This document shows positions 1 through 13,913 of a stretch of 64,000 nt of DNA, in pieces (positions within the stretch are counted from its first letter, which is position 1; each line of letters opens with the position of its first letter). The position numbers and the translations under genes are program-made. This DNA comes from Camelus ferus. Lineage: Eukaryota. Where the stretch lies: positions 79,238,001 to 79,302,000 of the forward strand of contig NC_045696.1 of assembly GCF_009834535.1 (NCBI RefSeq), given 5' to 3'. The notes below the pieces were generated by a model. The model was given only the letters and a program-made list of their open reading frames with translations. It was not told the origin of the DNA and searched no databases.

Positions 1-453
1 ATAAAGAAAAAATAACCATATATGAAAGTGCAGAACATTTTCAAACGATATTTTTCTGATAAAATATTTATAATGTACAGAGTCAACTGCAAAAATTGCT
101 ACCAATTTCAAGAGTAATTACAATGGTGCAGGGAGACAGACATAGTAGGGGCAAAGTCTACATATTAAATATTTCTTCCTCTGACACATTCAGGGAGATT
201 ATTAGTTATCAGAAAATTCAGGTAAGCATCCACTGGCAGAATTAGGCAACCCACATACATTCACTGCCTACAGAGCAATGAATGACCTTTACTCTTGTTT
301 GCCTGTGGTGTAATGGAAAGCACAGAGATGCACCTTTTCTTATGTGAAGTCCACAAAATTTCTCCTTTGTTACATCCCCTGCTCAGTTTGTTGATACACT
401 TTTGCTTGCCTTCCTTTTTTCCTTGCTAAGAGTGATTTAACAGAAATAAATAC

Positions 454-700
454 AGTTTAGTACAGTAAGAGAGAGTGTGTGTTTTAAATACATGTAGGCC
501 TGGGTTTGATAATCAGTACTGCTTCCTACTAACTATGAACACATGTAAGATACTTAACTTCTCTGATGCTCAATTTCTCACTTACGTAATTACCTAGTGC
601 AAGAATTAAATGAGATAATGTGTGTAAAGCTTGCAGCATAGTTTCTGGAAAACACATTTCTCCCCAAGTGATCATCACTGTTGTTGTTATTATTATCATT
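454..700 (+). mobile_element. MIR SINE, degenerate
   Basis: Core-like tacttaacttctctgatgctcaatttctc and aattaaatgagataatgtgtgtaaagc. Confidence 0.7.
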
Positions 701-729
701 ATTACAGAATTTAGAAGAAATTTTGGTCA

Positions 730-1510
730 TTTATAAATGTGAAAGTTCACTAAACAAACAAGCTTTACATGAATAGATTAAAAAACTGTATCTATCATTT
801 ATAGAATAACTCAATATTATAAAAAACTTTCTTTCTTAGGTAAATATTTAATGCAATTCCAATAAAAATATGATAAAATTATAAAAAAGTAAGAAGGGAC
901 AGGGATGAGCCATGCCCAACATTAAAATGTGTTACAAAGCTACTACATTGAGTAAGTTGGTACGGGCATATGAGTATACAGCTAATCTAAGAGACAGAGC
1001 AGAAAATCTAGAATATGAAAATGTGTATATGAATATAATACAAATTTGGAATACAAAAAGTTAGCATTTTATTATAGTGAGAAATAGGTAAATTAATCAA
1101 AAATGGCATTGGGTCATCATTTGAGGAAAACGTGGTTTTGAAGGGAACAGTTTGATCTTTATTTTCCATATACCAAAGCAAATCTTATTTCCTGTACACC
1201 AAAATAAATCCTAGAACAATTATAAGTTTAATTGAAAATAAGTCAAAAAAATAGAGATTATTTTTAAAAGATAATCCTAGACTGATTTGAAAGACAAAAG
1301 AATCTTGGTTTTTGAAGCAAGATACAGAACATTAAAGAAGAAGGATAATAATAAATGTGACTAAAAAAACGTTAAAATCTTATCTGAGACTTTGAAGACT
1401 GTGAAGGCTATGAATCTGGGGTAAAAGGAGACATTTTTCTTCATCCCTTTTCTAATCTTTATTTATTTATTTACTTTTACCATACACATGTATTACTTTT
1501 TCAAACAAAA
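730..1510 (+). mobile_element. Ancient L1 (L1M-type) ORF2/3' fragments
   Basis: A-rich, with decayed L1 motifs tttaatgcaattccaataaaaat and cctgtacaccaaaataaatcc. Confidence 0.5.
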
Positions 1511-3704
1511 TCTAGTTATGTTTTTAATGTGGGCCAGAAGTTAACTTTTCATATTTCTCTAAACTAACAAAATTTAATAACTCAAGAAAATCTTATCTTT
1601 GATGATTAACAGTCATCTTTTATATCATGAATAATCTCTCTGCTCCTTAAAGGGAGGTTAAGTATTCCCTACGTGTCTTTTTGGTTTTACTGTTTATATA
1701 AACTTTTCTAGCAAACATCAGTCTCAAACTGAGAGGTTTCTTTTTGAAGGGATAAAAATACAAGCCTTGGGATAACTAAAGAGGAGCACATAATAAAGAA
1801 TAATAACCCTACCCTATGTGGTAGAGAATTGAGGTTGAATGATGTAGCAAAACGTTTAAGAAACAATAAATTGAAAAGACAATGTAAGGAAAGTTTTCCA
1901 ATGTTAATAGAATGTTGTAAATGTATTAGAAGAAACATGAGAACTTCAGTGACTCTATAGTCAGGAGAAATCATTTTTTAAAGAAGTAAAGTATAATATA
2001 AACGAAGCTGTATGAAAAATATTAATAATTAATGATGGGTTAGCCATTCAACCTCTAAAATGAATAAGGGAAACAACAAAAAAAAAGAAATCTAAGTATT
2101 TCTGTCTAGATTATGTACGTTATCAATAAATCATGTATCATTATGACATTCAGCAAGAATCTGTAATAAGTTCCCAAAAGTTCTACATAAAGGCTACTCA
2201 GTTTAAAGGCTTAACAAATACATGAGTGTATTTTTAACTGATAAAAAGTGGACTAGACGGCTAAGCAATGTATGGGACTTCTATGCAAAATTAAAAATTT
2301 CCTTATTCTCCACACGGCAAATAAAAACAACAGTAAGTCACTTTGTACTATACAAGCAACGTACTTTGTTTTATTTGAAACTTTATCAAGACTTTTATAC
2401 TATTTCAGAAAATGACATCACCCAACAGAACTGCCACTAATGGTATCTGAACCACCAGAATAACACATCGGTGTCCATCAGTCAGCCTTGGTGGCTGGGT
2501 GCTCACCGTGGTTCTAGCCATAGGGAAAGGCATATGACTGTTTCACTACATCTTCCAGCAAGGACCTGATGCAAAACTTGCACTTTGAAACACATATTTC
2601 TTTATAAGTTACTTTCCTTTTAATCTCTTTTATTCTACAGATAGAAAAATTGGTTGATATATTTTTAAAACATATGTGTAGGTAGGTAATACAATATTAA
2701 AATTTATTTTTTTCTAGGATAGCTATGGGTGATTTCAAGCTATTGCTTTTTAAAGGGGATACTGGGGCTGATCAAGTCAACAACTACAACTCTAGATCAA
2801 ATCTGAAATGATCTGTCTATTCTTATTGGAGGGAGGTTGGTGGTCAAGTATACTTCTCATTGATGTTACTGCTCTGCATTGGTCTCCTTAAAAGTCCTGA
2901 ACTTCAATCCTCTTATAGAACTAAGAGTAAAAATAAAGATCTCTGTTTGGAATACAAAGTAAACACACACTAGTTATTCGCATGCTCCCTCCAGTGTATT
3001 CGCTGTACTGACCAACACTTATAGCCAATACGTGCATATGACAGTTAAGTCATCATTAGCATTTTCTCTGTATACAATGAAAATAATATATGCATTACAC
3101 TAGCATGGATTGTTTTGTGTTGTAGAAAATTAAATTTATTTTTTCCTAAATTTTAAAAAGCTAAATATCACAACAGATTTTTTAAAAAATAGTTATGTTC
3201 CATTTGTTACATGGCTGAATTTCTTTGATATTTCTTGGCTATATGGTGTCATCATATTTTAAAAAAATAATAAAGCAACCATATGTTCTAAATAGATGGA
3301 TAATGCCACACTATTTTGTTGGGAGGGACATAGAAATGAGATTCATATTATAAGAGCCATATATTTTCAAGAGGCTCATTTCATAAATAACTTGCCTGTC
3401 GTGCATTGCAACTGACGCTGTAGGCATATCAAGCACTAACCTATTGTTTATTACAGGACTGCTTTGTCATTTTGATGGTACAGATTCAAGTATGGCAATC
3501 TTCTTTCCTCGCTCTGCTCCAGTGGCTACATGACTTTCCTTGACTAAAACTACACCAAAACATACACTTGAATGTCATAAGTTATGACAGCCTGGGAACT
3601 CAATGGGAATCCTATTAACTGACCTATGAAATTAGAGAATTATAAATCTTGATGAGACAGGTTGGGCTGTATGCATAGCTTACTATATTAAATAGGTATC
3701 TCTT

Positions 3705-3956
3705 GATTTGCAGGTACTAACTTTTATATATGAAATAGATAAATAACAAGTTTCTATGGAATAGCACAGGGAACTATATTCAATATCTTGTAGTAACCTA
3801 TAATGAAAACACTTTGAAAAGGAATATATGTATGCCTGAAACATTATGCTGTACACCCAAAATTGACACAACATTGTATGTAAACTGACTATACTTCAAT
3901 AGAAATAAATTAATTAAATAAAGCATCATTTCTAACATCAAAAAGGTAAATAAATG
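3705..3956 (+). mobile_element. 5'-truncated L1 3' end with 14-bp TSD
   Basis: gcacagggaactatattcaatatcttgtagtaacctataatg...aactgactatacttcaata; flanks aataggtatctctt (3691-3704) and aataggcatctctt (3957-3970). Confidence 0.85.
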
Positions 3957-4095
3957 AATAGGCATCTCTTCAACATATTCAGCTAAGTCCAAGTGAAAAT
4001 AAAAACATGATTTAAACACATGGAAACATATTGATAAGCTGAATATATATTCATATATATACACATCCATATATATATATCCATCCATTATATGG

Positions 4096-4096
<1 letters not shown>

Positions 4097-4146
<50 letters not shown>
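4097..4146. repeat. Compound microsatellite (TG)15(TA)10
   Basis: Read directly from the sequence. Confidence 0.95.
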
Positions 4147-4489
4147 AAATGCATATATTTACATACCCCAACACCAGTATTCTATAACCTGCTGAAATTC
4201 ATCTGGAAAATAATATTACAGCCATTCAGCAGGGCATCCTGGATCTATTAGCTATTTGCTGTAGGTAAGAAGAAATCACAGATGATTTTTAAAACCATTA
4301 GCTATGTGACTGCTCAAGGTCAAGTATTAAGTAAAATACGCTGACTGTTAACTGTCAGAATACAAGAAGGCAGAAGAAAAAATGAAAATGTGAATGAAAC
4401 AAACTTCAGAATACACATTGAGTAAGCCCTACAAGGGAATCCAAACCCTGAAAGTCATGATTATTTGGATTGTGAAAACCCAATAACTT

Positions 4490-5240
4490 TCCAAATTTTT
4501 CTTTCTAGCTGGACCTCTCCCCTAAACTCCAGATTTGCATATCCAATTACCAAATAGAAACCTCTACTTTGATACCGAATAGGCATTTCACATTCAATAT
4601 CCAGAACTGAGTTCCTGCCTTGCCATCACAAAGTTGTTCCTCCTGCCACCTTCTTCTTCTCAGGATATGGAGGCTCCCTCTTGCAAGTGGCCTAGAACCA
4701 TTCTTCAGTCTTAATCCATCCCCCAAGTCCTGTCAGCTCCATCTTCAACACATTCAGAATCCAGCCACTTCTAGCTGCCTCTACACTTACCAATTTGATC
4801 CAAGCCACCATCATATTTTGCCTGGAGTATTGCAGTAGCCTCCCTGCTGTCACTCTTACTCCCCTCTAATCTATTCTCAATACAGAAGCCAACGGATGAC
4901 AGGTAAAATGTAATGCAGGTCATTCTCCCAGATGTCTATTGGTGCAGACTATCAATCAGGATTTTATTCAAAGCCTTCCCTGGCCACCCTATGAAAATTC
5001 ACCACTCCTCTTTCAAATTTCCCATCCACCTTCTCTGGTGTATAAATTTTTCTCCTCAGCACCTGTCACTGTCTAACACGCTGTGTACTTATTCGTCTTG
5101 TTCATTGGTTTTCTGTTCTCACTCAAATGTGAGGCACAACAAGGAAAAGAATTCTGTCCCTTGCTTTCTGCTGTTTCCCTAGTACCTAAGACAGTTTCTA
5201 GCATGGTAGCGTGTTCTATGAACGTTAGCTGGATGGAGTT
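4490..5240 (+). mobile_element. L2 LINE fragment (RT remnant plus 3' end)
   Basis: gacctctcccctaaactccaga...atatccaa...aataggcatttcac...agaactgagttcctg follows the L2 ORF2 DLSPELQ...SNRHL...TEL segment; L2-like 3' end near 5120-5240. Confidence 0.7.
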
Positions 5241-6119
5241 TGAAGGACAATTCCTACCTGGGAATCACCTGTCTTCATCACACAGGAGGGGACTCCTATT
5301 TCTGGACATACACCCTCAGTCTAGTTTTTAAATTTCATAAGCTTTTGAAGGGCCTACAAAGTAGTTTAAGCTCTAAAAAAAAATGACAAAATTCACACTA
5401 CAGAAAGAAATCTGTAATGTCAAAAATCAATAAGTGTTTAAATAAATGTCTACATAATATGACAGCAACTCAAATCATGCCATTATATATACATATAATG
5501 AAGTTTCAAGCACAAGAATGAAATAACTTATTTTAGCAAACTCAAGATTATAAAAATTACAAAACATCCTTAAATTTTCTTTAGGTAAGCAAGGTATGAA
5601 TGTGGGAAATGGTACAATTTTGTTTGTTTGATATTTTTGTGGGATCCACAAAAATAAGTTGGGGGTCTTAAGGTGCTGTCCCTTTGCTATTCATGCCTTC
5701 AAATTCTTGGCATAGTCCAATATATCTTTACCTTTACCTTTCATTCATTTTCAGCTCTAATTACCATGTACAGCTTCAAGGTGCCCGCACGTGCTGACCC
5801 TCTACTCTTCTGGGCCAGCTGGTGCATGTTCATTCTTTAAAGCCTAGCTCAGCCACCCTCTCTCCCAGGCGGTCTTTCTCATCAATCCCTTGCCCTGCTG
5901 TAAAATAATGAGACCAATTCGGTGCCCCTACATCCCCCATGCTTATTTACATCTTTTCAATAGAACGCTAGCCTCATCTTACAGACTCTATATAATCTAG
6001 ATTTTGCCTCCACCTCCAAATTCAATCCCTACGTCTCTACTCCTGATGTATTATTATGCTCCAGGGTCAGTGGTCTCTTTTCTGTAATCCAACTAATCAC
6101 AGTTTAAGAAACTCGGTTC

Positions 6120-6600
6120 TTTCTGGTCTTTCCCTGCAATGCTGTGTCCCTGGATCTTGGAATGGCTGGCTCCTCAGGTCTCAGCAGAAGTGGCCCCAAC
6201 TTTGGGCAGTCTTTTCTGATCATCTAATCTAAAGTAGCTTTTCTAGCTTCCTCTCTGAGCATCATAATGTTTTACTTTCCTCACAGTACTTATAACTTTT
6301 TGAATGCTTTTTTAATTTTTATTCACCTCTCTGTACTCCCATATAGAATATAATCACTATGAACCAGAAACTTTGTCCTGATCCTGTTACAGGACCTGGC
6401 ACCTAATAGATGATAAATAGTTGTTAAATAAATGTGAGAATTCATCTACCAGTAAAATATACAAGTTTAAGCATCTTTTTCACAAATCAGTAGGCTTCTT
6501 GAGAACAGAAAGATTATGTCTCACTCCTCTTTGTATCCCCAGTATCCAGCCTAGGATAAATTAACCATTTAATCATTATTTTTCAAATGAATGAATCATC
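6120..6600 (+). mobile_element. L2 3'-end fragments
   Basis: acctggcacctaatagatgataaatagttgttaaataaatg and aatgaatgaat termini. Confidence 0.5.
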
Positions 6601-6734
6601 ATTGATATTCTCAGTAGAAGCCCTTATTTTAAAAACACTGCAAACTAGCTTAAAAAAAAGTATTTAGATGTAATCTAAGGATGAATCTCTGAGAAATGAA
6701 ACATAAAGTGTAAGCGTTGTCTTAAATGACTAAC

Positions 6735-7110
6735 GCATCATGGCTGAAACAGTAATGCCATGTCCTACTGCTTCCCTAGGTGTACCCACCCTCTTGCAAT
6801 TAGGTAGGTAGAGGCACTTGTTCTGGCCAATGTTACCAGTTATTCTGAACTGAGGCAAGAAAAAGGCTGTGTGCAATTCTGTGATCTTTCTCTGCCTCTG
6901 AAAACAAGGAGGCCATGTATTGAGATGGCAGAGACAGATCAAGAACAAGACAATTTGAGTTACAGAAACGTCACATGGAGGACAGATAATCAAGAGAGTT
7001 GTCTATATCTCCAGAATTTGAGTGAAAAAGACAGAAGGAGTTTGTTGTATTAAGCCACTGACATTTTAAGTTTTTGTTTTTTCAGCAACACAGCTTATTC
7101 TGACTAATAG
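6735..7110 (+). mobile_element. MLT1-type (ERVL-MaLR) solo LTR
   Basis: cttgcaattagg...ttctggccaatg, tgagatggcagag, and 3' tgtattaagccactga...ctgactaataga. Confidence 0.65.
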
Positions 7111-8520
7111 AGAAACATCCACCTACGTAGACACACAAACACACACACACAGTCAATAGTCATGCACTTTTTGTTGTAAAAAAAAAAAATCCTTCATTTA
7201 TACTCTGGAATTAAATTGCATGAAGTTGTCAGCTTTTTGAGTTAATGTCTTATGGGTGCAAGTTTATAAGGAAACTAGGAGATGAGATCCATTTTCAGCG
7301 AGGTGGCTTACTTTTGCCTATTTCCATCAGAGTCTTGACTCAAAATGCACTGTATTTTGCTCTACAACATGACCTGTCTAATAAACCGAAATCTCAGTTT
7401 CGGATTAAGCTCTCTCTTACCTATCCAGGGAGAAAATATTTTAGAGTGGAAGGCTGGTAATCTTTCACCTGGGAAACCTCAAGTATTTTAGGATCTGAAA
7501 TAATAGAACCATTCAAGTAATATGATGATTTGAATAATCAAAATGAGGCATATGGTGATTTCAATTTTATCCTTCCTTTGATCTAATCCTCTTAGATCTA
7601 CTTCTCGTTAGTGAGAAAAAGCATTTTAAGCACCATGTAAATAAAGATCCTGTTAAATGGAGATGAACGTCCAACTCATTTGGCTGGAAAGCTCTTGAGC
7701 TTTGGAGAGCAGGGTATAAACACCAACTAGTTTTGACTAATAAAAGGCGTTCTGTTGGGGGGAAAGGATGAAAAGGAAAATGTTAAATAATAGAATACAT
7801 TTTACTGATTTAGCCACTACAACTCTAACAAGGCTGAGCAAAGAATATAAAAATCACAAGTTGAAATTTTTAAAAAATGACATATTCTTAGTTTTTTTTT
7901 CTCACTGTGAAATACAAGAAAGGATCCTTTAAAATGCTCATTATCATAACAGCATTTACAAAAAAAAATAGTTAGACTTTATTTTAAAAGTAAATGAAAA
8001 TGAATCATACTACCAACATTAAAGTTTTCTCGTTGTTGTTGTTTGTTTTTTTGCTAAAAAACATTCTCAATCCCTTTCAGCAGAGTATCCTACTCTGAAA
8101 GGTAACAAAGCCTAATCTGAATCCTTAAGAAGTGAATAAAAGAGGAATATTTTAGAATAGAAATCTTAATTCCTCCACTCTTGCATTTATTCGTTGGCTG
8201 GCACAGTGTTCTGTGCTCTGCTCTTGGGCACAGTTTGGGGAGGTTTAAGTGGCTATTTGGACCCACTTAAAGGCTGTGAGGTTGCTGGATGGAGTTTTTA
8301 TATACTCACAATGCTCAAAGAACACACATAAAGTTTCTAGTTTGCTTTAAGAATACCATGGTGCTCATTGTTAGCCAATGAAAGATAGTTCTAGTTACTT
8401 ATATTAGATATATTAAAACTATTGCTAATGTTCAATAAGAGAAAAATCCTAAAGCTGTAATATCAGTCCATAAGGTCACTGAATCATACTCCTTATGATA
8501 AAGAACATTTGAACTTAGAT

Positions 8521-9480
8521 CAGTAGTCTTCATAATGGTAATGCTAACCCCAGGGAATCACAGTGTGATCCAAAGGAGTGGAAGAAGAAAACAGCAAACC
8601 ATATATTTATACACATCTTTTATAAAGGAAAAAAGAAATCTAACTTTTCTAATATACAGAATGACACTGAAGCCTTCCCTAAATCTGCAAATCAAACACA
8701 CCATTTAAGTGTACATCACCTACACATATCATATACAGGGCATGAGGACTCCTAAGGACAGAGAGGATGTTGCTGTGCAAGGCATATTGCACATTACATG
8801 AGCTCATCTAAGTGGATTTATTGTTTATGTTATCTAATTTTCATAAAACTAGCACTCACAGGGGGCAAGTGGCTCCAAAGGATACCTGCAAAAACCCCAC
8901 AGATTGAAGGTGTTACAAGGACCAATAAGCCACAAAAGTGACAAAGTGACACTTTTTTTGCTGTTAAAAGCGAGCTTGTAGCCAACCACATTCCAAGCTG
9001 AAACCACAACAATTTAATCCTATCTAACAAGAACTTAGCCTTCAGAATTATTAAGACTATTATATGGATTTAAATGTACTATGATTAATAATGAACTACT
9101 CCTTAAATGTACTTTGGTGTCTTTGTGAATCATCTTTTTCAGCCCTAACAGCCATTAAAAATAAACACTAGACTGATCTTAGAAACAGTCTTCTAAATCA
9201 CAAGATGACAAAATGTAAAACTACTATCTTAAACATAACAATACTTTTTTAAGCACATAGCTTTTAAAAAGTGTTTTAAAACGAGTAAGATAAAATAACT
9301 ATTATTTAAAAATGCTATTTCATCTTTAAAATCTGTCTTGTATGTATTTTATAATATAGATAATATATTAGTACCATAGTAAACATATATAATTTACAAA
9401 TATATTCATAAATTGAGGGTACTTGCAAAAAACTTTTATCCTAACAGGTGAGTATAATCAAAAAAAGTTAAGAAAAAACA
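8521..9480 (+). mobile_element. hAT-Charlie (Charlie4-like) DNA transposon remnant with transposase fragment
   Basis: Starts cagtagtcttca...ccccaggg; 9121-9168 translates LCESSFSALTAIKNKH (hAT C-terminal dimerisation motif); ends ataatcaaaaaaagtt followed by gtctagag. Confidence 0.6.
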
Positions 9481-9488
9481 GTCTAGAG

Positions 9489-9938
9489 TTATGGTACCCA
9501 ATATTGTAGCCACTATCCACATGTAGTAACTACTGAGTACTTAAAATGTGGCTTGTGTTACAGAACCACATTTTAAAATTCTATTTAATTTTAGTTGATT
9601 TAGATTTTAAAAGCAAAGCAGTGTCAAATAGTTTCTGTTCAACTCAACTGTGTTGTTTTGGTAGGACTACATTTTACTTTATCTGTTGGAAATACGAATT
9701 GAGATGTTCCGTTAACTATAAAATGTACACCTTATTGTAAAACAGAAAAATGCAAAATGTTCCATTAAGAATTTAATGTTGATTCCATCTAGAAATGATA
9801 GTATTTTGGTTCAATAAATTATTAAACTGAATTAAATAAAATTTTAAAAATTAATATTATCTTTTTGTACTTTAATGTGGCTACTATAAAATTTAAAAGT
9901 ACATACATGAATTGCATTATAATTCTATCAGACATCTG
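9489..9938 (+). mobile_element. hAT-Charlie non-autonomous element (MER33/Charlie1-like)
   Basis: ccaatattgtagccactatccacatgt...tgagtacttaaaatgtggct at the start; aatgtggctacta...ctatcagacatctg at the end; flanks gtctagag and atccagaa. Confidence 0.65.
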
Positions 9939-10566
9939 ATCCAGAAGCAGTAAATGGTAGACTGGGAGTTCTACAAAAGGAATATTTACAAGATTAGGTC
10001 CATAACTTTTGCAACATTCAAGACTAAACTAATAGATCAATTTTTTTTAACCTGTATAAGGTGTACATATACATACAACTTTAAAATAATGTGAAGATGT
10101 TTTTAATTGAGATTTACTCAGTTTAATGCAACTAGGAATTTCCGGTGATATCTACTGGGTCATATAGAAATCATGTTGATTTAACTGACCTGATGTTAAA
10201 TTGTAGTTATCCAATTTTAATTCTATTTCAGTAAAAAGGCAGATTTTTTTTTTACTTCTACGTAAAGACTAGAACAAAAGTAAATGACAGAAAAAAGGAA
10301 AAAAAAGATAATACAGCAAGTTGATCTTTTTAAGAGAATAACAGAAAGCAACAAGTTCGGGTTCTTGGTCATATGATACCATTTTTTTAAAAAAAGCTAA
10401 GCATATTATTCTTTCCTCTTAATTATAGCAGATGCAGTGGGCCAACCACAGAGAAGCTCTCTTTTTATCCAAACTCTCTGACTCAGTCTGCCTATAATAA
10501 TGGATCAGTAAAATAAAATAATCAGTAGTTTTCTTATACAAAACAAATATCCAATTAGAAAATTTA

Positions 10567-10681
10567 AAATGTGACAATGAATATATGTATGTTCATGTAT
10601 AACTGAAAAATTGTGCTCTACACTGGAATTTGACACAACATTGTAAGATGACTATAACTCAATAAAAAACGTTAAAAAAAG
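10567..10681 (+). mobile_element. Very short L1 3' tail with 10-bp TSD
   Basis: tgacacaacattgtaagatgactataactcaataaaaaa; agaaaattta at 10557-10566 and 10682-10691. Confidence 0.8.
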
Positions 10682-13600
10682 AGAAAATTTACCTATAGAA
10701 TGTGTACATAGCTTAGAGATCCATTTCTCTATGTGCTTTATTTTCAATAGCCCCTGCTCTCAACTGGTATGTATCTGGAAGATTCCTTTCGCTGGACTCT
10801 AGCAACAGGTAGAGGAAAGGTAACCCCCGGGGTAGACAATTGCAGGTAAAAGCAAAATATGGTGCACAAAGAAGCTTAAACAAGTGCTTGGGCTGTTTAC
10901 TTTTAAGCATTTTCATCATAGAATTCTATCTGTATAATTGTCCTCTAAAGATGAAGTACTATTACACGAGAAGGTGTTTTTTGAAAAACTTATAAATGCA
11001 GAAGGGTTTGTAACCTCAGTAATAGAACTGATGTCATTTACTCATTTTGGAGAAAGAACCTGCCTTGAAGTCCCTAACCTCTTTTGGTGAAGGGTTCCAT
11101 TTAGGACAAAAGGTGTCAAACAAGCCCCCACCACCACCTTTTTTGTATTTTCTTTATTATTACACCAAATACAAGTTGGGAATTCCAAGATCCCATTTCA
11201 GTTAAAAAAAAACAAAAAACCAACTTTGATTTCTTTGAAGAATTATGTTTCACAGTTCTTTTGATATTAAGAAATAAATGAAATTTGATAGAGTCCCAGC
11301 TCAGAGTCCAAATCATCATTTCTGGAAATGTATTGAGACTATGCTTTTTCCCCTTTTCCAGGTTTTCTATGTTCTCTAAACCCAATTCATTATTTATATA
11401 TGACCATACATTTATTGCATATACTCTGGTAAGCTGTCGCAAATACTTCCTAGAAGATGGAAGGATGAAAATGGATGTTCATTGATTATACAAATTACCT
11501 TTCTAAATATTAATATTGTATAAGTTATGGTGAACTATCACTCAGGTAGTATGTGGATGGCACTCATCTGAATGCAGACTAGCCTGGAATTAGGGAGCAG
11601 TTATATATACTTGCTGTGTTCCCTCTAAATATGTTCTCTAGAAAATTAACCCAAATGTAAACTGTAGACTATAAACAATCTGCTTTGGTAAATATTACAT
11701 ATTGGCTCTACAACAGAGAGTCAAATATACACTCTGTGAAACAAATGTTTTTATGATTTTTAAACAGACAAAAGTACAGTATATTTCAAGGGAAAACACT
11801 ATGTAGTGAAGTAATGTTTTTATTTTTGTTAAAAAAGGAATAATGAATATTTCTTAAAGCTTATTTTCATACAAAGTGAAAAACCTTAAATAATTCTAGC
11901 ATAAGTAAATAACATAAGAATAGTTATATATTCTTTTCTGTCAGAAAGATTGTCCCTAATTATGATGACATTAACACAAGAATCCTTTTAAAAACTTTTT
12001 TCTGTTTGAGTGTGTTGTTTATTCTCTAAGTGAACTGACTTTTCTAGAAAAGGTGCTGCTTTTCAAAGCTCAAATGCAAGAAGCTAGCACATATCAGAAC
12101 AGAAATTAATATTTCTCTTGAATCTGTCTCATCTCAGAGATATGCTTCAGCTTTTTAGGAAAGTTTCCAAATGGTGACTTTATTAATATATAAATCAGTT
12201 GAGAAATACAATTTGTCTTGTCTTTGGAATTTTTTTTTCCTAAGAATAACATTTAAATCTATGGTCCTAACTGCATTGTTAGAAAAAATGGGTGGGGATG
12301 TGGGTGATCAATAGTCAGTTTAAGATCATTCACTCCAACCTTGTCTGTTGTAGCAATAGTTGAGCACCTGTAATTCACTTCAAGACAGGTAAAGTATTAA
12401 AAGGCAAATTTAAAGAAATTGCAGAAAAGTTTTCCTTTTGTTTCCCTTTGTCTTTACAAAAGAACAAACTTAGATCTCATAGCCCGTTACACATATAAAG
12501 TCAGTAGTTATTTCTTTTTCTACCATACTGTATATATTTTAATTCAAAGAGTGGTGTTTTAACACTATTTTTAAGTTTATCTAATGCTCAGGAGCATGAA
12601 TCTTTTCACTTACCACATGCTAAGCAGGAAACAGAATAATGCAAATATTAAATGCATAGTAAATGCAGAAACTACTAATCAGTTTAAAATAAATGACAGC
12701 TTTCATATATTACAGTTCCAGTATACAGACTATTTCTCCAGAGGATCCAGGGGCTTTTCTTGCCGCTGCTATTGGGGGCAAAGTATTGGTACCATTAACA
12801 CGACCTAACTTCATTTATGTGGGACTAGACAGGGGGCCTGTGTGTGTACATGGTTAGTACTCTTTACCACCCATATCCTCCACCAGCAGCCACTCTTCCT
12901 ACCTACTATGTATATCCTGAGAAGAGGACAGAGTGAATTAATCTACATGCTTATTGATGATTTTTGATTTACATATGCAGAGTACTCTGCCAGTCTTAAG
13001 GAAAGCAAACCAGATGATATACAGGGTTTTTTTCTAGTTTGGGTTGCAAGGCACCTACTATATTAAGCAGTTAATATGGGCGACAATAAGAGCAGAATGG
13101 CTTCCTGCACGCCAAAGTGAAGGCTATGGAAGCAACAGGAACAGACAGATCAATCTGGCCTTGGCTAGTTTTGTAGGCAGGAAGGTGAACTATGGAGATT
13201 GGGCAAAATGTGGCAAATAAGTGGTTGGAATTGATCCTGTAGTCTGGGAAGAAGTTAGTCTGGATTGTGTGGGAGGGATTTTCCAGAAACTAATAGAAAA
13301 TACAGTTTGCTAAGAAGAGCAACATACTTTAGCAGACCTGGAATGGTAGGGAAAAATCTGGAATGGAGCTCAGAGTTGCTGAGAGCCACTTAGAAATACA
13401 GGCTAGAGGAAAACTAAACAAACTATCATATTTTTAAGGTAATCTGCCTGCTTGTGGTGTGGAATGAAATGGCACATAAATTTGAATCTAGAGGCTGGAA
13501 GGGCAGCTGGAAGACCTGGTAACCCGAGGTGAACAGTTAGTAGTGATACAAATAGAAGGAAACAAATATAAGGGACTTCAAAAACTACACTGTGCCAATT

Positions 13601-13875
13601 AAAATGCTGGAGAGGGTGTGGAGAAAAAGGAACCCTCACTGTTGGAGGGAATGGAAATTGGCGCAGCCACTATGGAGGTCAGTATGGAGGTTCCTTAAAA
13701 AACTAAAAATAGACTTACTATATAATCCAGCAATCTCACTCCTGGGCATATATTTGGAGAAAACTATAATTTGAAAAATAACATGCACCCCAATGATCAT
13801 AGCAGCACTATTTACAATAGCCAAGACATGGAAACAACCTAAATGTTCATCGATAGATGAATGAATAAAGATGCA

Positions 13876-13913
<38 letters not shown>

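Noticed and set aside
12950..13560. Purine-rich stretch resembling an old LTR
   Set aside because: No termini, TSD or family motif that I could assign.
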